Shown piece by piece: positions 12,839 through 24,459 of a stretch of 64,000 nucleotides of DNA. Source of the DNA: Pseudovirgaria hyperparasitica (lineage: Eukaryota); assembly GCA_010093815.1 (NCBI GenBank), contig ML996569.1. One strand, 5' to 3'. The notes below the pieces were generated by a model that was not told where the DNA came from, searched no databases, and saw only the letters and a list, made by a program, of their open reading frames with translations. Each line of letters begins with the position of its first letter. The first letter of the stretch is position 1. A program made the position numbers and the translations under genes.

Positions 12839-13028
12839 GGTTTGGGTGGGCAGGCAGGCACTTGGTTTGGATGATGAGGGTAAATTGACTTGCTTTGCCT
12901 TTGGGGTCAGACAAGGACATTTAATGATAATAATGATATGGTGTGAGATTGTGACATTTCATCAGCAATGGTCGTGCTTCGACACTTTGTTAACATCATT
13001 TCACTACACTACACTTCCAGATCACATC

Positions 13029-14575
13029 TCACGTCTCACCTACACTCCCGCCCGGACCACCACCACCACCACCACCATCACCCCGCTCCTCCGCCCGACA
13101 CCAAACAACGACATCGCCCCGCCTCCGCCAGTCGTCATGCCAATGACTATTAAACCCCCTCCACACCTCACCATAGCCCTTCGCGCCCAACACGCCCCCT
13201 ACATCCGCAAGCAAGATATCAAACATTACAATGCATTCGGGCCACGCGTACCGGCCAGTCCACGCCCCGGGCCCCATCGCCGCCGGTAAACCCCTTTTAT
13301 CTGCGTTGCTGGTGCTGGTGCTGCTGCTGCTACTGCTGCTGCTGCTGTCAGTTGCATACAGCCGTCCGCCTACGGGGCGGCGCATGTTGGCGGCTAGCCA
13401 GCGCGGCGGATCGGCGTAGAACTGGTCTGCTTCGTCGAGGTAGCCGGCGCGGTCATGCAGCGGCACGTCGAGGGGCGGCTCGCATGACAGTGCCCAGGCG
13501 CTTGTTGCCGCGTGGATGAGGTGGCTGCGCCATGGGGTGGAGTGGCACGGCATCAGGAAGGCGACGGTCAGGGGGTCGTGGGAGGCAGTTGTGAAAGGGA
13601 AGGGTGGTGATGGTGGTGGGTCTGCATCTGCGGCGAGTCTAGGTCTTGCGTAGATGGGGGATTCCTGGCGAGCGCGTAGGTAGGTGAGGACGTCCACGAC
13701 GCCGCGTTGATGGACCTGGGATGTGTAGAGGGCGAGGGCGATGTTGAAGGATAGCAGTGCGAACAGAGCGAGTCTGCGGGTATTGGGCAGGGGTGAAGCG
13801 TGGAAGAAGAACGCGTGGAAGGGCTGGGCGGCTAGGATGTGGAGAGCGGGTAGGAGAGGGTAGAGGAAGCGGACTTCTTTGTGTCGGATCATGCTCATGA
13901 CAAAGGTGACGATGAGTACGGTGTATGCCAGTGTTGTGAGGGCTGGTTGGGCGTGCGACTGGGCCTCAGCGTTGACCGCGCCTGTCGCTTGTGCTGGGAC
14001 GACATGCTTGTTCTTTGGAGTGGATGCAGGAGGAATTGCCGCGTAGGGCTGAGATCTAAGAGCCCAATATAGACCTACGATGGCGAATGGCAGGGCGGTG
14101 GTGAGAAGTAGTGGCAGACCTTCAGTGAGATAGTAATCGGATCTGTTTTTGCCATAGAAGACGGCGAGGTTTTGAGCGAGGTTGAAGTGAAGGAAGCGCA
14201 CGGCAGGCAGGGTCCATACGCCGTAGTACAGTCGGTCAGACACGGCAGAAAAGGCCAGGACAGTCGACCTGGCAATAGGTCAGCTGGCAGTCAGGAGCAA
14301 AAGTGAATGGGTGTATTGGATGCTCGTAAACAACGCGGCGTATAGTGGTAGTGGTGTGTGGAAAGGGAACAAAAACATTAGCTAAATTTGCCGCGTCACG
14401 TACCCACATAAGAAGCTCTCTCGAATGAGGACAAGGCTGTCGGTGCTCGAGGCCTGGACGAGGGTGGCAGCAGCGACAGATAACCAGATGAGCACGTTGG
14501 TTGGACGCAGGACACACGCGACAGCCGCTAGGACGAGCGCCCCTCGTATCCTTTATCCACAAAATCAATAAAGAC

Positions 14576-14609
<34 letters not shown>

Positions 14610-15429
14610 TCGGCCTTACCTGGACAGGTTACCATGGTTGTGTAACAAGTTGGAGCCGACAGGATGGTCAGGAGTGAAGCAGCGCTGCCAGGGCCACAGA
14701 GACAGGGCGATTGTGGTGAGGGTAGTCTCCAGGCAATTGGACAAGGTCCGGGTTGAGCAAAACCATTGCCACGGGCTGATGATGGACAGAAGAAGCTACA
14801 AAGGGCGCTCCGAGTCAGGCGGGAGTCAAGGTTGTTGCGGAGAGGGGGCCAAGTCAAAGAGATCGAGAATGATACGTACCGCGGTAGTGGAGACAGAAGT
14901 CTGGAACCCGTATACTGTGTTTGCCAGCTGCCAGGTGTAGAAATCACCAATGGCAGCGATGAGGGCTTGCAGAAGTTTCGGAGCTGCAAGCAAGAGTTCG
15001 GCGCGAAAAGCAACAGGGCGAATGCCAGTAGCCGTGGAGAGAGAAGCAGTCAGACGGTAGACTGCAGCAAAGATGGAGGGGTGGATGGAGGAACGAAGGC
15101 GGCACGACCATTCCTTTAGGGGGGGGGACAAGGGAATCAGTCATTGCGTCTCCCAGAAGCAAGCAAGTAGTAAGTAGTAGTAGTGAGTGAATAACAGCAG
15201 CAAGTCAAAGAAAGGACGGGATATGTAAACAAAAAGACCAGAAGACTCCATCACTCACCCAGGTAATCCAGGCGCCGGAGCCATGACCAAAGGCCAATTC
15301 CCAGGCCGGCTCGAGGGATTGGTAGTACTCGTCAGGCTGGAAGAAAGTGCGAATACTAAGGGCGTTGAGCAGTCGGAAGCCTATCAGAAGCAGGAGAAGA
15401 GTGGCGGGAGTGGGAAGAGGGTGTAGCAT
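13029..15429 (-). CDS. GPI10: GPI mannosyltransferase 3 (PIG-B/Gpi10, GT22), multi-exon
   Basis: [87 protein letters not shown]. Confidence 0.95.
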
Positions 15430-16281
15430 GAGGTGGATGTAGTGTCCCAGTATGAGTGTATGTAGTGTTGTGGTGAGTTGTGGTAGATTGACTGACGGTC
15501 TGGACTGGGCTGCCGGCAGATGACGGTGGTGGTGGTGGTGGTGATGACGATGGTGATGAAGATGATGATGATGCAGTGAATGAGGCAGGGTGTAAATGAT
15601 GGATGATACTGTAATTAGCTAGTGAAGCTGTGTTTGAATGGCCTGAGGCTGCTATGGATGATAGCTGCATACCAGGCTAAAGTAAACACTTCTACAGTAC
15701 TGTAATTACTAGAAGCACTCTCTAGCCCAGCCGGACGTCTACGGCTATGGCCTCGTTGAACCAATCTAGTGCTGCATCCAAACCTGACTGCTCGTTCCAT
15801 CATGGACGGGCTGGTGTCTAATTAATTAGCAGTCCAGCAGTCCAGCAAGCAGCAAGACTGGCAACAAAAAGAACGAGTCGTTTTTTCTAGCTTCAGCCAA
15901 TGTGAACCCTGTAGCTGTTTCGCGAGTTGGTAATGGTACGACGGGCGATTGACTGTTTATGATCCAACAGAAAGCATTGTCGGCCAGCGTGATGGAAATG
16001 GAATAGAGCAGCAGCAGCATTGTGCCCACATCACTGGCATCATGGCAAACAGCCAAATTACCAATTACTGTTGTAGATAATTAGTTCATGTAATTACTGT
16101 CCAGTCGACTACTGTAGCTTCCGGTGCGCAACGAGCCGGGCGAGGGAGCCAACTGACTGCAGTAATTATTAGCAGCAGCACACAAACTACAGTAGCACCA
16201 GCCGGCCAGCTAGCTCGAGCCATTCCCCCCCTCCCCCTACCCCTGTACGCGGCGTTTGGTCATGACACAATATACCTACGA

Positions 16282-16330
16282 TTAGATGGATAGATGGATA
16301 GAGGGATAGATAGACAGATAGATAGATAGC
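16282..16330. repeat. (GATG)/(GATA) tetranucleotide microsatellite
   Basis: agatggatagatggatagagggatagatagacagatagatagatag. Confidence 0.85.
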
Positions 16331-17084
16331 ACAAGCAGAGAGGCGGATAGATGTAACAGATGCATACAGAGTTAATTAATTAGTAGGATCGGCACGTTTC
16401 GACGCATCTGTTGGATCAAGATGCATGGGCGACGACGGCCTGCCTGCCATTTGCTAATTAATCATTAATCCATGAAGCATGAGCATACGACACACGACGC
16501 CGAACCATTCACGAAAAAAAGCAATATTACTGCACTACTAGCTACGCCGACGGTTGAGTGTTGAGAAGTGAACGAGGAGTGCATCGCTTTGCGCGGCAAC
16601 AACACAGTCGAGGTAGTCTGCGAGCAGCCGGGGGAGGGGAGTCTGTTGTGCTTTGTGAGGGTGGTGGGTATTATGCCATCTCTCCCAGCATGCAACACTG
16701 TCGGCAAATGACGATGATGCGGTGCAACGTGTAACAAAAAAGCTGAAGCAAAGGACGAGCCAAAAAAACAACAACAACAAAAGGCCGAGATTGAAATTCG
16801 GTAGTTGGGTAGAGAGAGTGAGTACAGGATGTGCAGTAATTAATACAAGGTATAGAGAGTTGGGTTTTGGGGGGGTGGAAGTGGAGTGGTGGAGTGGTGG
16901 AGTAGAGGCTTATAGTAGGTCGAGTAGAGCAGAATAGTAATTCTGGTAGAGTCAATCCGCTCAACCCTCAACCTCCTGATTATTAGCTCCAGTCCAGCCA
17001 GTTCTGGCGTGTCCCAACAACGTAGTTAATACGGCCACTACCTGATAACTACCACGACTACTACTACTACTACATAACCTCAGT

Positions 17085-17200
17085 ATATATGTGTGTATCT
17101 GTGTATGTGCGTGCGTGTGTGCATCCATGTATGTGTGTATGTGTGTATGTGTGTATGTGTGTTTGTGTGCATGTGTGAGTTGTGTGTGTGTGTGTGTTGT
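17085..17200. repeat. Imperfect (TG)n microsatellite
   Basis: About 110 bp dominated by alternating purine-pyrimidine TG/TA/GC steps. Confidence 0.9.
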
Positions 17201-17378
17201 GCATGCAGCCCCCCCCAAGCCAGCCCAGACTGAGCCTTTTCCTGGCTGCTTGTTGGCCCAAGCGATCATGGACAACTACATAGTATTATCGCGTATTTTG
17301 TGTGTGCCATCATCGCATCCCATCCCTATCATTCCCTACACTATCTAGCTTGGCCTTTTCGCTGCTGTCGTGTTGGTT

Positions 17379-17420
17379 GGTGCTGGTGCTGGTGCTGGTG
17401 CTGGTGCTGGTGCTGGTGCT
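17379..17420. repeat. (GGTGCT)7 hexanucleotide repeat
   Basis: Seven perfect tandem copies. Confidence 0.95.
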
Positions 17421-17612
17421 GGTTCTGGTGGTGGGGCCCTGGCCTGGCCGTCCATCCATCCATCTTAGACTTACCTTGAGAGCATTGAGAGAGAGCACTC
17501 ACTGCACTCCGACTGCTCCCTCACTCACTGCACACTGCACACTCGCACACTCGCACACCACACACACACACCTTTCCTCATTCTCCACCACTGCCACACC
17601 ACTCCCGACTCC

Positions 17613-17760
17613 ACTCTCTCTCTCTCTCTCTCTCTTTCTCGCGCTCTCTCGCTCTCTGCCTCTCTCTCTCTCTCTTGCTCTCCACCACCCAAGCCGCCCT
17701 CTCTCTCTCTTCCTACGGCTTCGCCTCCTCCTCCTCCTCCTCTCCTCTTCTCCGCTTCTC
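17613..17760 (+). repeat. (CT)n/(CCT)n polypyrimidine tract upstream of the kinase gene
   Basis: Long CT runs, typical of the region near fungal transcription starts. Confidence 0.85.
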
Positions 17761-17979
17761 CTACTTACCATAACCTACGCCTATCCTAATATCCTAATCT
17801 CCTCTCTCTCCCTCCCTCGCAGGATGCTTCGTCCTTGCCCACGCTCTTTACCGTCTTCGCCCTGATCCCCCCCCCGGATTACTTCACCATCCTGCTATGT
17901 TCGGCCTCCGTCAATTGTTGCGAGTCGCCTTATAGACGCTGCAGGAAGCGCTGTCCTGATGTGTTTGCCCTTGCTACAC

Positions 17980-20900
17980 ATGGATGCCCAGAAAGAGTCG
18001 GATCTTGGGAGTGCTCCTCTCGCTGAAGAGCGGGGGGCGGGGGACGTCCTATCGACTTCCCATACAAGCCCTCTTCCCGACCACTCCACTTCAGATCCTC
18101 CACCCCCTCCAGACACTACCTCCTCACTTCCCCACGACGGTGCTGCTGTCTCAGGAAGACGGACGCCCACTACCACCTCCGGTGACGACTCGGACCATAC
18201 TCCCAGATCCGAGATCCCCTCAGTCGCCCAGTCGCCTGCCCCGTGGAATATCGTTTCGACCTCCTCACAACCGCAGACTGCCGTCTCCGAGGTCGAATAC
18301 TTTTCCTCTCAGCCCATTCGTCCCCACACGAACCTCCTGGGTCCAATCCTCAACGAACACCTCCAACCACATAATACTGCCACCACTGCTACAGGCTCAA
18401 CCTACACCCCGAGTCTTCGACCAGAGTTTGAGATTGTGACAGGCCAGGGCTCTCACGCCCGTCTCTCTCCCCCACCGAGACCGCCAAAACCTCTCGACCG
18501 ACCTCAGCTGCAGCGAGATGCCTCCAATCTCTCCACCGCCAGCACTGCAACCGTGAGAGCAAGCCATGCTCACATCGATTTCGCGGGTCCTTATCCTCCT
18601 CGAGACTACCCAAACTACCCGAACCAATCATACTCTGCACTCGCATCACAGCAATATCCTTCTGGCCTCCCAAAAGGTCGACTTTGGGCTCAAAATCGCT
18701 CCGTGCAGACGTCGCAGTCCTCGTCGCAAATCTTGACCCTTGGACGTCTCGGCCACTACATCGACCAAGATGTGGTTTCGCGTACTGCCGGAAACACCCC
18801 TGCCAGTAGTCCTGACCTGTTCACCGCGACCAGTCCGTCAGCCCTGCATCATCTCGACGAACGAGGCCACTACTCAAGCCCCTATCTCCATCCAACCCAG
18901 CGCAAGGTTCCACGCGAGACTCACGTTGCTGACGTCACCAAGGACGTCATAAGCGGTAACAAGATCATCAACGACTACGAAGTCCTTGACGAGCTGGGCC
19001 GCGGAGTTCATGGGAAGGTCAAGCTGGGACGGAACCTCATCACCGGTGATCACATCGCCATCAAGATGATTCCACGAGCGGCCAAACGCAAAAGACTCGG
19101 CAAGAATGACAGTCACGAGGAGAAGATTCGTCGAGAGGTTGCCATACTCAAGAAAGTTCGCCATCCCAACGTAGTCAGCCTGCTCGAGGTGATTGATGAC
19201 CCGAAAGCGAAGAAAGTCTATCTCATCCTCGAACTCGTCGAGCTCGGAGAAGTCAACTGGCGAACACGAGGCGCTCGCGAAATCACCTTGGTCGAATATC
19301 GTCGCTTCCAGCGCGAAAAGGCGGGCAACTTCAACGACGACGCCGCTGACTTTGAAGATCAACGCATCATAAGCCGTGCCGCAAGACGCCGCGAGAGACT
19401 GGAGCAACGCAAGTGGGACGAGGCTCAACGTCAACGCTTACAGGCCCCTCCCACCGCCCTTCCCGATTTCTGGAGTGCTGAATATGGCGGTGACAGTGAT
19501 GACGAGCGCGAGACGATGACTTCACGTCGATCAGCAAACGCCAGGAACAGGCGCAGAAAACAGTTTGAGAATGACGAAGAGAAAACACTCGAAGCCAGCT
19601 TCCAGCCCACTCGCGGTTCTAGTACATCTCTGTCGGGCCTCCAAGTCGGCAGTACCTGCGACAGTCTTGTGGGCACCATGTATGGACCATACGAACAGCC
19701 CGAAATATCGCGAGGTCGCATACCAAGCATAGCGAGTAGCTCTACTACCACCTCTGACAATCTCGACCGTGACAACGACGACGATAATGATGATGATGAT
19801 GCTGCCCTGACGCTTGGCGACAACTTCATCTACGTTCCTACCATGACTCTATCGCAGACTCGTTCGGCGATACGGGATACTGTACTAGGCTTGGAGTATC
19901 TCCATTACCAAGGAGTCGTCCATCGTGACATCAAACCCGCCAACCTGCTCTGCACCAGCGATCATCGAGTCAAGATATCCGATTTTGGCGTCTCGTACCT
20001 CGGCAGAATACCCAAGGACGAAAACGATGGCTACCACTCCGAATCTGATTACCAGGACGACGAAGACATGGACCTGGACAACCCCGTCGAGTTGGCCAAG
20101 ACTGTTGGCAGCCCAGCATACTTTGCGCCTGAACTTTGCGACCTCGATCCGGATCCGACGGCCGAAGCCCCGCAAGTCACTCAAGCCATCGACATCTGGG
20201 CATTGGGTGTGACTCTCTACGGTCTCGTCTATGGCCGGCTCCCCTTTTACACGGAAGGCTCCGAATTTCACCTCATGCGTGTCATCCATGATGTGCCGGC
20301 ATACATCCCCCGTCGTCGTCTGAAAGCCGTCGACGGCCGAATGAACTCGAGGCCCAACTCTCACGGACGCAACTTTCAGTCAATGGGCAGCTACAAGCGC
20401 TTCCCCCATGAGCTCGAGTATGAGGACGTCGACGACGACCTGCATGACCTTCTCACGCGACTGCTGGAGAAGGACCCCCGGAAGCGAATCACGCTGCGAG
20501 AAGTCAAACGTCATCCGTGGGTGGTTCGCGACATTGAAGACAAGGTCGCCTGGCTCGATGAGACGGAGCCCGAACGGCAGCACAAGGGCAAACGCATCGA
20601 ACTCACGGACCACGACCTGACGCAAGCCGTCATACCCATCAGCGCTTTCGAGCGGTTTGGCTCCGTCGTCAAGAAGACTCTCGCCCCAGTCAGCAATGCC
20701 TTGGGCGGCATCCTGCGCAGTGGTAGCTCCCGCAGGCGAGCGAAGAGTAGTGCCACGTCTGCTTCCGAGGGCGGCCCTCCGTCTACGGCCTCTTCCAGCA
20801 GTACAATCAGCCAGGACGCCCGTCGGTATGCCGTTCGAGACGATCGAAGACCGAGTCTGAAGGTAGATGAGTTCTCTGCTGCACTGAAGCAGTCTCGCGA

Positions 20901-22329
20901 CCCGGAGCATCCGCTGTCTCACAGCGTCGTCGCCAGTCCCGAGCAAGCCTACCAGGCACACTACTTTACTGGTACGTCGTCTTCGCGGCCCAGTTCGCCT
21001 CAACTACACGGCGGCCGCGACGTTGGCGACAGATCACTACCGAGCTTTCCGAAAAGGCCATCCCCGCCAGATAGGGCGTTATCTGCCATGTCAACCGCAA
21101 CATCAATCAAGACGGTCAAACAGGCTGACTTTATTGGCGCGGGTGCTGGTCCTGCTACCGCTTCACAACAACAGTCTTCCGCTGATCACGCCCGTCATGG
21201 GTCTAAGCTTTCCAGCTTCCACAAGATTGGACGGCAACTCAGAGAGATGAGCAGTCGCGAACGGTTTCGCCACCACCGGACCTCTGAGCTCCCACGCGAC
21301 CGTTCTTTTGATCGGTTCATGGGCGGCGAAGAGGATAACCATGCCGTGGCGAGCGTGGCGTACAGTGCCGCGGTCGCTGCTGGACACGTCGAACAGCCTA
21401 GTGCCCTCCGCGGGAACTCGCCCATGCATTCTGCTTATGGCTCGCCTGTAGCAACGTCCAGCCCAAACACTGACCGGCTACATCCTGACCTGTCGCGAAA
21501 TACCCCTTCCAGGCAGTCTTCCGTCTCGTCCATCTCATCACGTCCGTACGACCTGGCCGTCTTGGAGCGACCTCTCACCCGCGGCTCGGTCTCGAACCAG
21601 TCTCATCCTTGTGACTCGTCTGACCAGGATATCCTTCGAGCCAAGGGAGAACAAGTGCGTCGACTACTGCAGGAAGAAGCCCAAAACAAGCGTCAATCGC
21701 ACCAGCCTAGCCAAAAGACGTCCTCTAGCTGCCCACCCAGTCCGGATGACGAGATCTTCCAGCGAAACATCAAAGCAGGGAACTTTGACCAAGTTCCACA
21801 GCTCAGCTCCTCGGTCGAAACCAGCCCGGCAAGCCAGGCTACAGATCCAAGGCCACTAATCTCATCATCATCCGAAGACCGATTTGGTCTGGGCATGTCG
21901 CCAGAGACCTCGAGCCCCTCCCTACCTTCCATGCTGTCTGCCAGCTCTTCGGTCGCAGACAACCATTCAGCATTGGTTAATGTAAGCATCTCGAAACCAT
22001 CGGACGCCTCTCTCGTGTCCAGCAACGACGCTGGCTATACTGCAGGAGAAGATCGTGCAATCGACTCCCAGTCCGACGACGACGACTTTGACTCTGACGA
22101 GGAGGACCTCGTCATGATGAGTCGCAAGCCACGGCCCAAATCCGGCCTCAGTGCTGGTGACTTCTCCAGCACTGAGCTGGCCCGTCGACGCAAAAACCAA
22201 AGTCTCGGACAGATCTCGCACAAATCCACTCGAAGTGGCAGTGGAGGCACTTTGAAGAAGGTGCGGAGCCACAGCGTCCCCGAGGAAGACGCCCTCGGGC
22301 GCTCTCGTGGCATCTCACCACACTCTTAA
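17980..22329 (+). CDS. Ser/Thr kinase, CAMKK/ELM family (Sak1/Ssp1-like Snf1-activating kinase), apparently single exon
   Basis: INDYEVLDELGRGVHGKVK, AIKMI, REVAILKK.RHPNVVSLLEV, HRDIKPANLL, ISDFG, ELAKTVGSPAYFAPE, DIWALGVTLY. First ATG is at 17980. Confidence 0.93.
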   Translation: MDAQKESDLGSAPLAEERGAGDVLSTSHTSPLPDHSTSDPPPPPDTTSSLPHDGAAVSGRRTPTTTSGDDSDHTPRSEIPSVAQSPAPWNIVSTSSQPQTAVSEVEYFSSQPIRPHTNLLGPILNEHLQPHNTATTATGSTYTPSLRPEFEIVTGQGSHARLSPPPRPPKPLDRPQLQRDASNLSTASTATVRASHAHIDFAGPYPPRDYPNYPNQSYSALASQQYPSGLPKGRLWAQNRSVQTSQSSSQILTLGRLGHYIDQDVVSRTAGNTPASSPDLFTATSPSALHHLDERGHYSSPYLHPTQRKVPRETHVADVTKDVISGNKIINDYEVLDELGRGVHGKVKLGRNLITGDHIAIKMIPRAAKRKRLGKNDSHEEKIRREVAILKKVRHPNVVSLLEVIDDPKAKKVYLILELVELGEVNWRTRGAREITLVEYRRFQREKAGNFNDDAADFEDQRIISRAARRRERLEQRKWDEAQRQRLQAPPTALPDFWSAEYGGDSDDERETMTSRRSANARNRRRKQFENDEEKTLEASFQPTRGSSTSLSGLQVGSTCDSLVGTMYGPYEQPEISRGRIPSIASSSTTTSDNLDRDNDDDNDDDDAALTLGDNFIYVPTMTLSQTRSAIRDTVLGLEYLHYQGVVHRDIKPANLLCTSDHRVKISDFGVSYLGRIPKDENDGYHSESDYQDDEDMDLDNPVELAKTVGSPAYFAPELCDLDPDPTAEAPQVTQAIDIWALGVTLYGLVYGRLPFYTEGSEFHLMRVIHDVPAYIPRRRLKAVDGRMNSRPNSHGRNFQSMGSYKRFPHELEYEDVDDDLHDLLTRLLEKDPRKRITLREVKRHPWVVRDIEDKVAWLDETEPERQHKGKRIELTDHDLTQAVIPISAFERFGSVVKKTLAPVSNALGGILRSGSSRRRAKSSATSASEGGPPSTASSSSTISQDARRYAVRDDRRPSLKVDEFSAALKQSRDPEHPLSHSVVASPEQAYQAHYFTGTSSSRPSSPQLHGGRDVGDRSLPSFPKRPSPPDRALSAMSTATSIKTVKQADFIGAGAGPATASQQQSSADHARHGSKLSSFHKIGRQLREMSSRERFRHHRTSELPRDRSFDRFMGGEEDNHAVASVAYSAAVAAGHVEQPSALRGNSPMHSAYGSPVATSSPNTDRLHPDLSRNTPSRQSSVSSISSRPYDLAVLERPLTRGSVSNQSHPCDSSDQDILRAKGEQVRRLLQEEAQNKRQSHQPSQKTSSSCPPSPDDEIFQRNIKAGNFDQVPQLSSSVETSPASQATDPRPLISSSSEDRFGLGMSPETSSPSLPSMLSASSSVADNHSALVNVSISKPSDASLVSSNDAGYTAGEDRAIDSQSDDDDFDSDEEDLVMMSRKPRPKSGLSAGDFSSTELARRRKNQSLGQISHKSTRSGSGGTLKKVRSHSVPEEDALGRSRGISPHS

Positions 22330-23397
22330 TTTCCCTTGACCCATATTTGTCCATAATAACGACCCTACGAATACTTGATGAACGACGCAACTACATACTC
22401 CAATAATGGCTCAGACCTGCTCCAGTTACCAAATCATATCTTTTTCACTCTCATCTCACTCACACACACACACGCACACACATACCATTCTCGTCTCGGC
22501 TGTACGACTCATGTCTTGTTGTCCGCGGCGTTATCACATGATAGCGACGCAAAGCTGCTTTGGATTGCGCTTGCACAAACGCGTTACGGAGGGCGGGTAA
22601 TATTGATTATTTTTCTTGCAATCATGTTCGCGGCGTTGCAACTCTGGGGACCGGACGCTTTATATCGCTTGTATATGGGACCTCCTGATAGACCGTGCAC
22701 TGCTGTTTCGACTCCGCTCACACAAACCTTTTTTTCTGCTCAAAAACTTCTGTCGCGCAAGCCTTTGGCCTTCTTTGTCGAAATTTGATTCATCTATACC
22801 ATCTACTACCGTCTCTTCTTCGCTGCCTGGGGACAGGCTGGTCCGTCAGGGGGTCCGAGGACTTTGACAACGCTGGGGTCGCGGCTATTTTCCAGAGGGA
22901 CCAGGCAGGCTTTCTAGCATTACTTTTTTTGGGGGTGAAGGGGGACATGAAGGGGGACTGATGATATACTGTGGCTATATATGCCTGTTGGGGCTTGCAT
23001 GAATGACCTGCCAGACGGTCCTTTGATGGGATGGCAATGGGATGGGATGATGGGACTTGGCATGTATGCATGGTCGGTCTGTGGAGCAGTCCAGGGATGA
23101 TAGTATTTATATATGTGTGATATCAAAGAAAGAAATACATTGGGCGGCGTCTGATCTGGACATGGACGAATGAAAGGGCACATTCTTGCGTTTGATTGAC
23201 GTGACTTGTGTCATTATGTATGTATCCGTGGATCCCTTTTGCTTCTTGTATGGAGATATATGTACACCTTTTGCAACTCAACGTCCGTACGTCTGTCCAT
23301 TTTTTCTCTTCCCATTTGTAGTCCCCCTGTCCCATCTATACACCCATCTTCTTACCCCCCTCCTCCATAAAAACCCCACAAACTCCCTCCTCCTCAC

Positions 23398-23447
23398 NNN
23401 NNNNNNNNNNNNNNNNNNNNNNNNNNNNNNNNNNNNNNNNNNNNNNN
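23398..23447. other. Assembly gap (50 N)
   Basis: Run of N flanked by C-rich low-complexity sequence. Confidence 1.
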
Positions 23448-23935
23448 CACCCCCCCTCCTCCCAAACGCCCAAGCAATCCCACACCCCAAAACATTAACC
23501 ACACACAACCCCACCGTCGCCCCGCGCACCACCCCCCGTGCCGAAAACCGCCTCCGCATCCCGCCCACAAAGCCTTGCTTCTGTCCGTTTCCCGGTCGTC
23601 GTCGTGCGGCAAGCAGGATGTACAAAGCGCTCCACGCGCCCGTCAGCCCCGCGCTGTCGACTTTGAAGTCGCCGCCCACGTTGATGTAGGAGCTGAAGAT
23701 GAAGACGGGGACGAAGGTTAGGGGGAGGATTCGGAGGGGGCGCAGGTGTTGGGCTGTTATCAGGGTTGCGGTTAGGGTTGGGGGGATCGGGTTGTCTGGT
23801 TTGGTTGTTAGTATAAGGGGGTGGGAGAGGGAGGGGGGAGGGAGGAGATGGGAGAGACGTACTGCCCCATGCTTTTAGGGTGTGGGTTATTGTGTTGTTG
23901 GTGGTGGTGGTGGTGGGTTGGTTGGGGGAGGACAT
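23448..23935 (-). CDS. Small membrane protein, Aim19-like; intron 23796-23862; 3' end runs into the gap
   Basis: Spliced product KAWGNNPIPPTLTATLITAQHLRPLRILPLTFVPVFIFSSYINVGGDFKVDSAGLTGAWSALYILLAARRR...FSARGVVRGATVGLC. Confidence 0.75.
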
Positions 23936-24258
23936 TTTGGTGGTTGTGGTTGTGGTTGTGGTGTGTGTTGTGGTATGTGGTGCGCGGAGGGAGTTTGAAG
24001 GAAGTAGATGATCGGGATGACGATGGATGATGATGGACGATGATGAAACAGGACCTGACGGATGTGAATGCGATCATACCGCGCGCGCGCCAAGCACACG
24101 CCCGCGCCACACCTACGACCTAATTACCTAGCAGCCACCGAAGCGCGGCCGCAACGTAACGTCTACTTTGACACCTAATTAATTACCTAGTTACCAAACA
24201 CCACCACCACCCATCATCACATTTATCCGCGCTCGAATTACGACTCCGATTCGCGATA

Positions 24259-24320
24259 ACACACACACACACACACACACACGAACACGAACACAAACAC
24301 GAACACAAACACGAACACAC
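24259..24320. repeat. (AC)n grading into ACAC(G/A)A hexamers, in the divergent Aim19/Hlj1 intergenic region
   Basis: Read directly from the sequence. Confidence 0.9.
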
Positions 24321-24459
24321 AATCACGAATCCACACCTCGATTCCGCCCTCGAACTCACCACGCTCAACGATTTCTCTCCATCTGCCGCCTTTTTCCTAC
24401 ACAAGCGCCCGCCGCGCTCTCGCCTTCCATCCCTCCCTCCCTCCCACACACACACATCC

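Noticed and set aside
16400..17900. Many ORFs with VLVLVL, HTHT or RERE tracts
   Set aside because: Translations of microsatellites in the kinase upstream region.
23715..23782. TTAGGG telomere-like hexamers
   Set aside because: Isolated copies inside a coding exon, not tandem.
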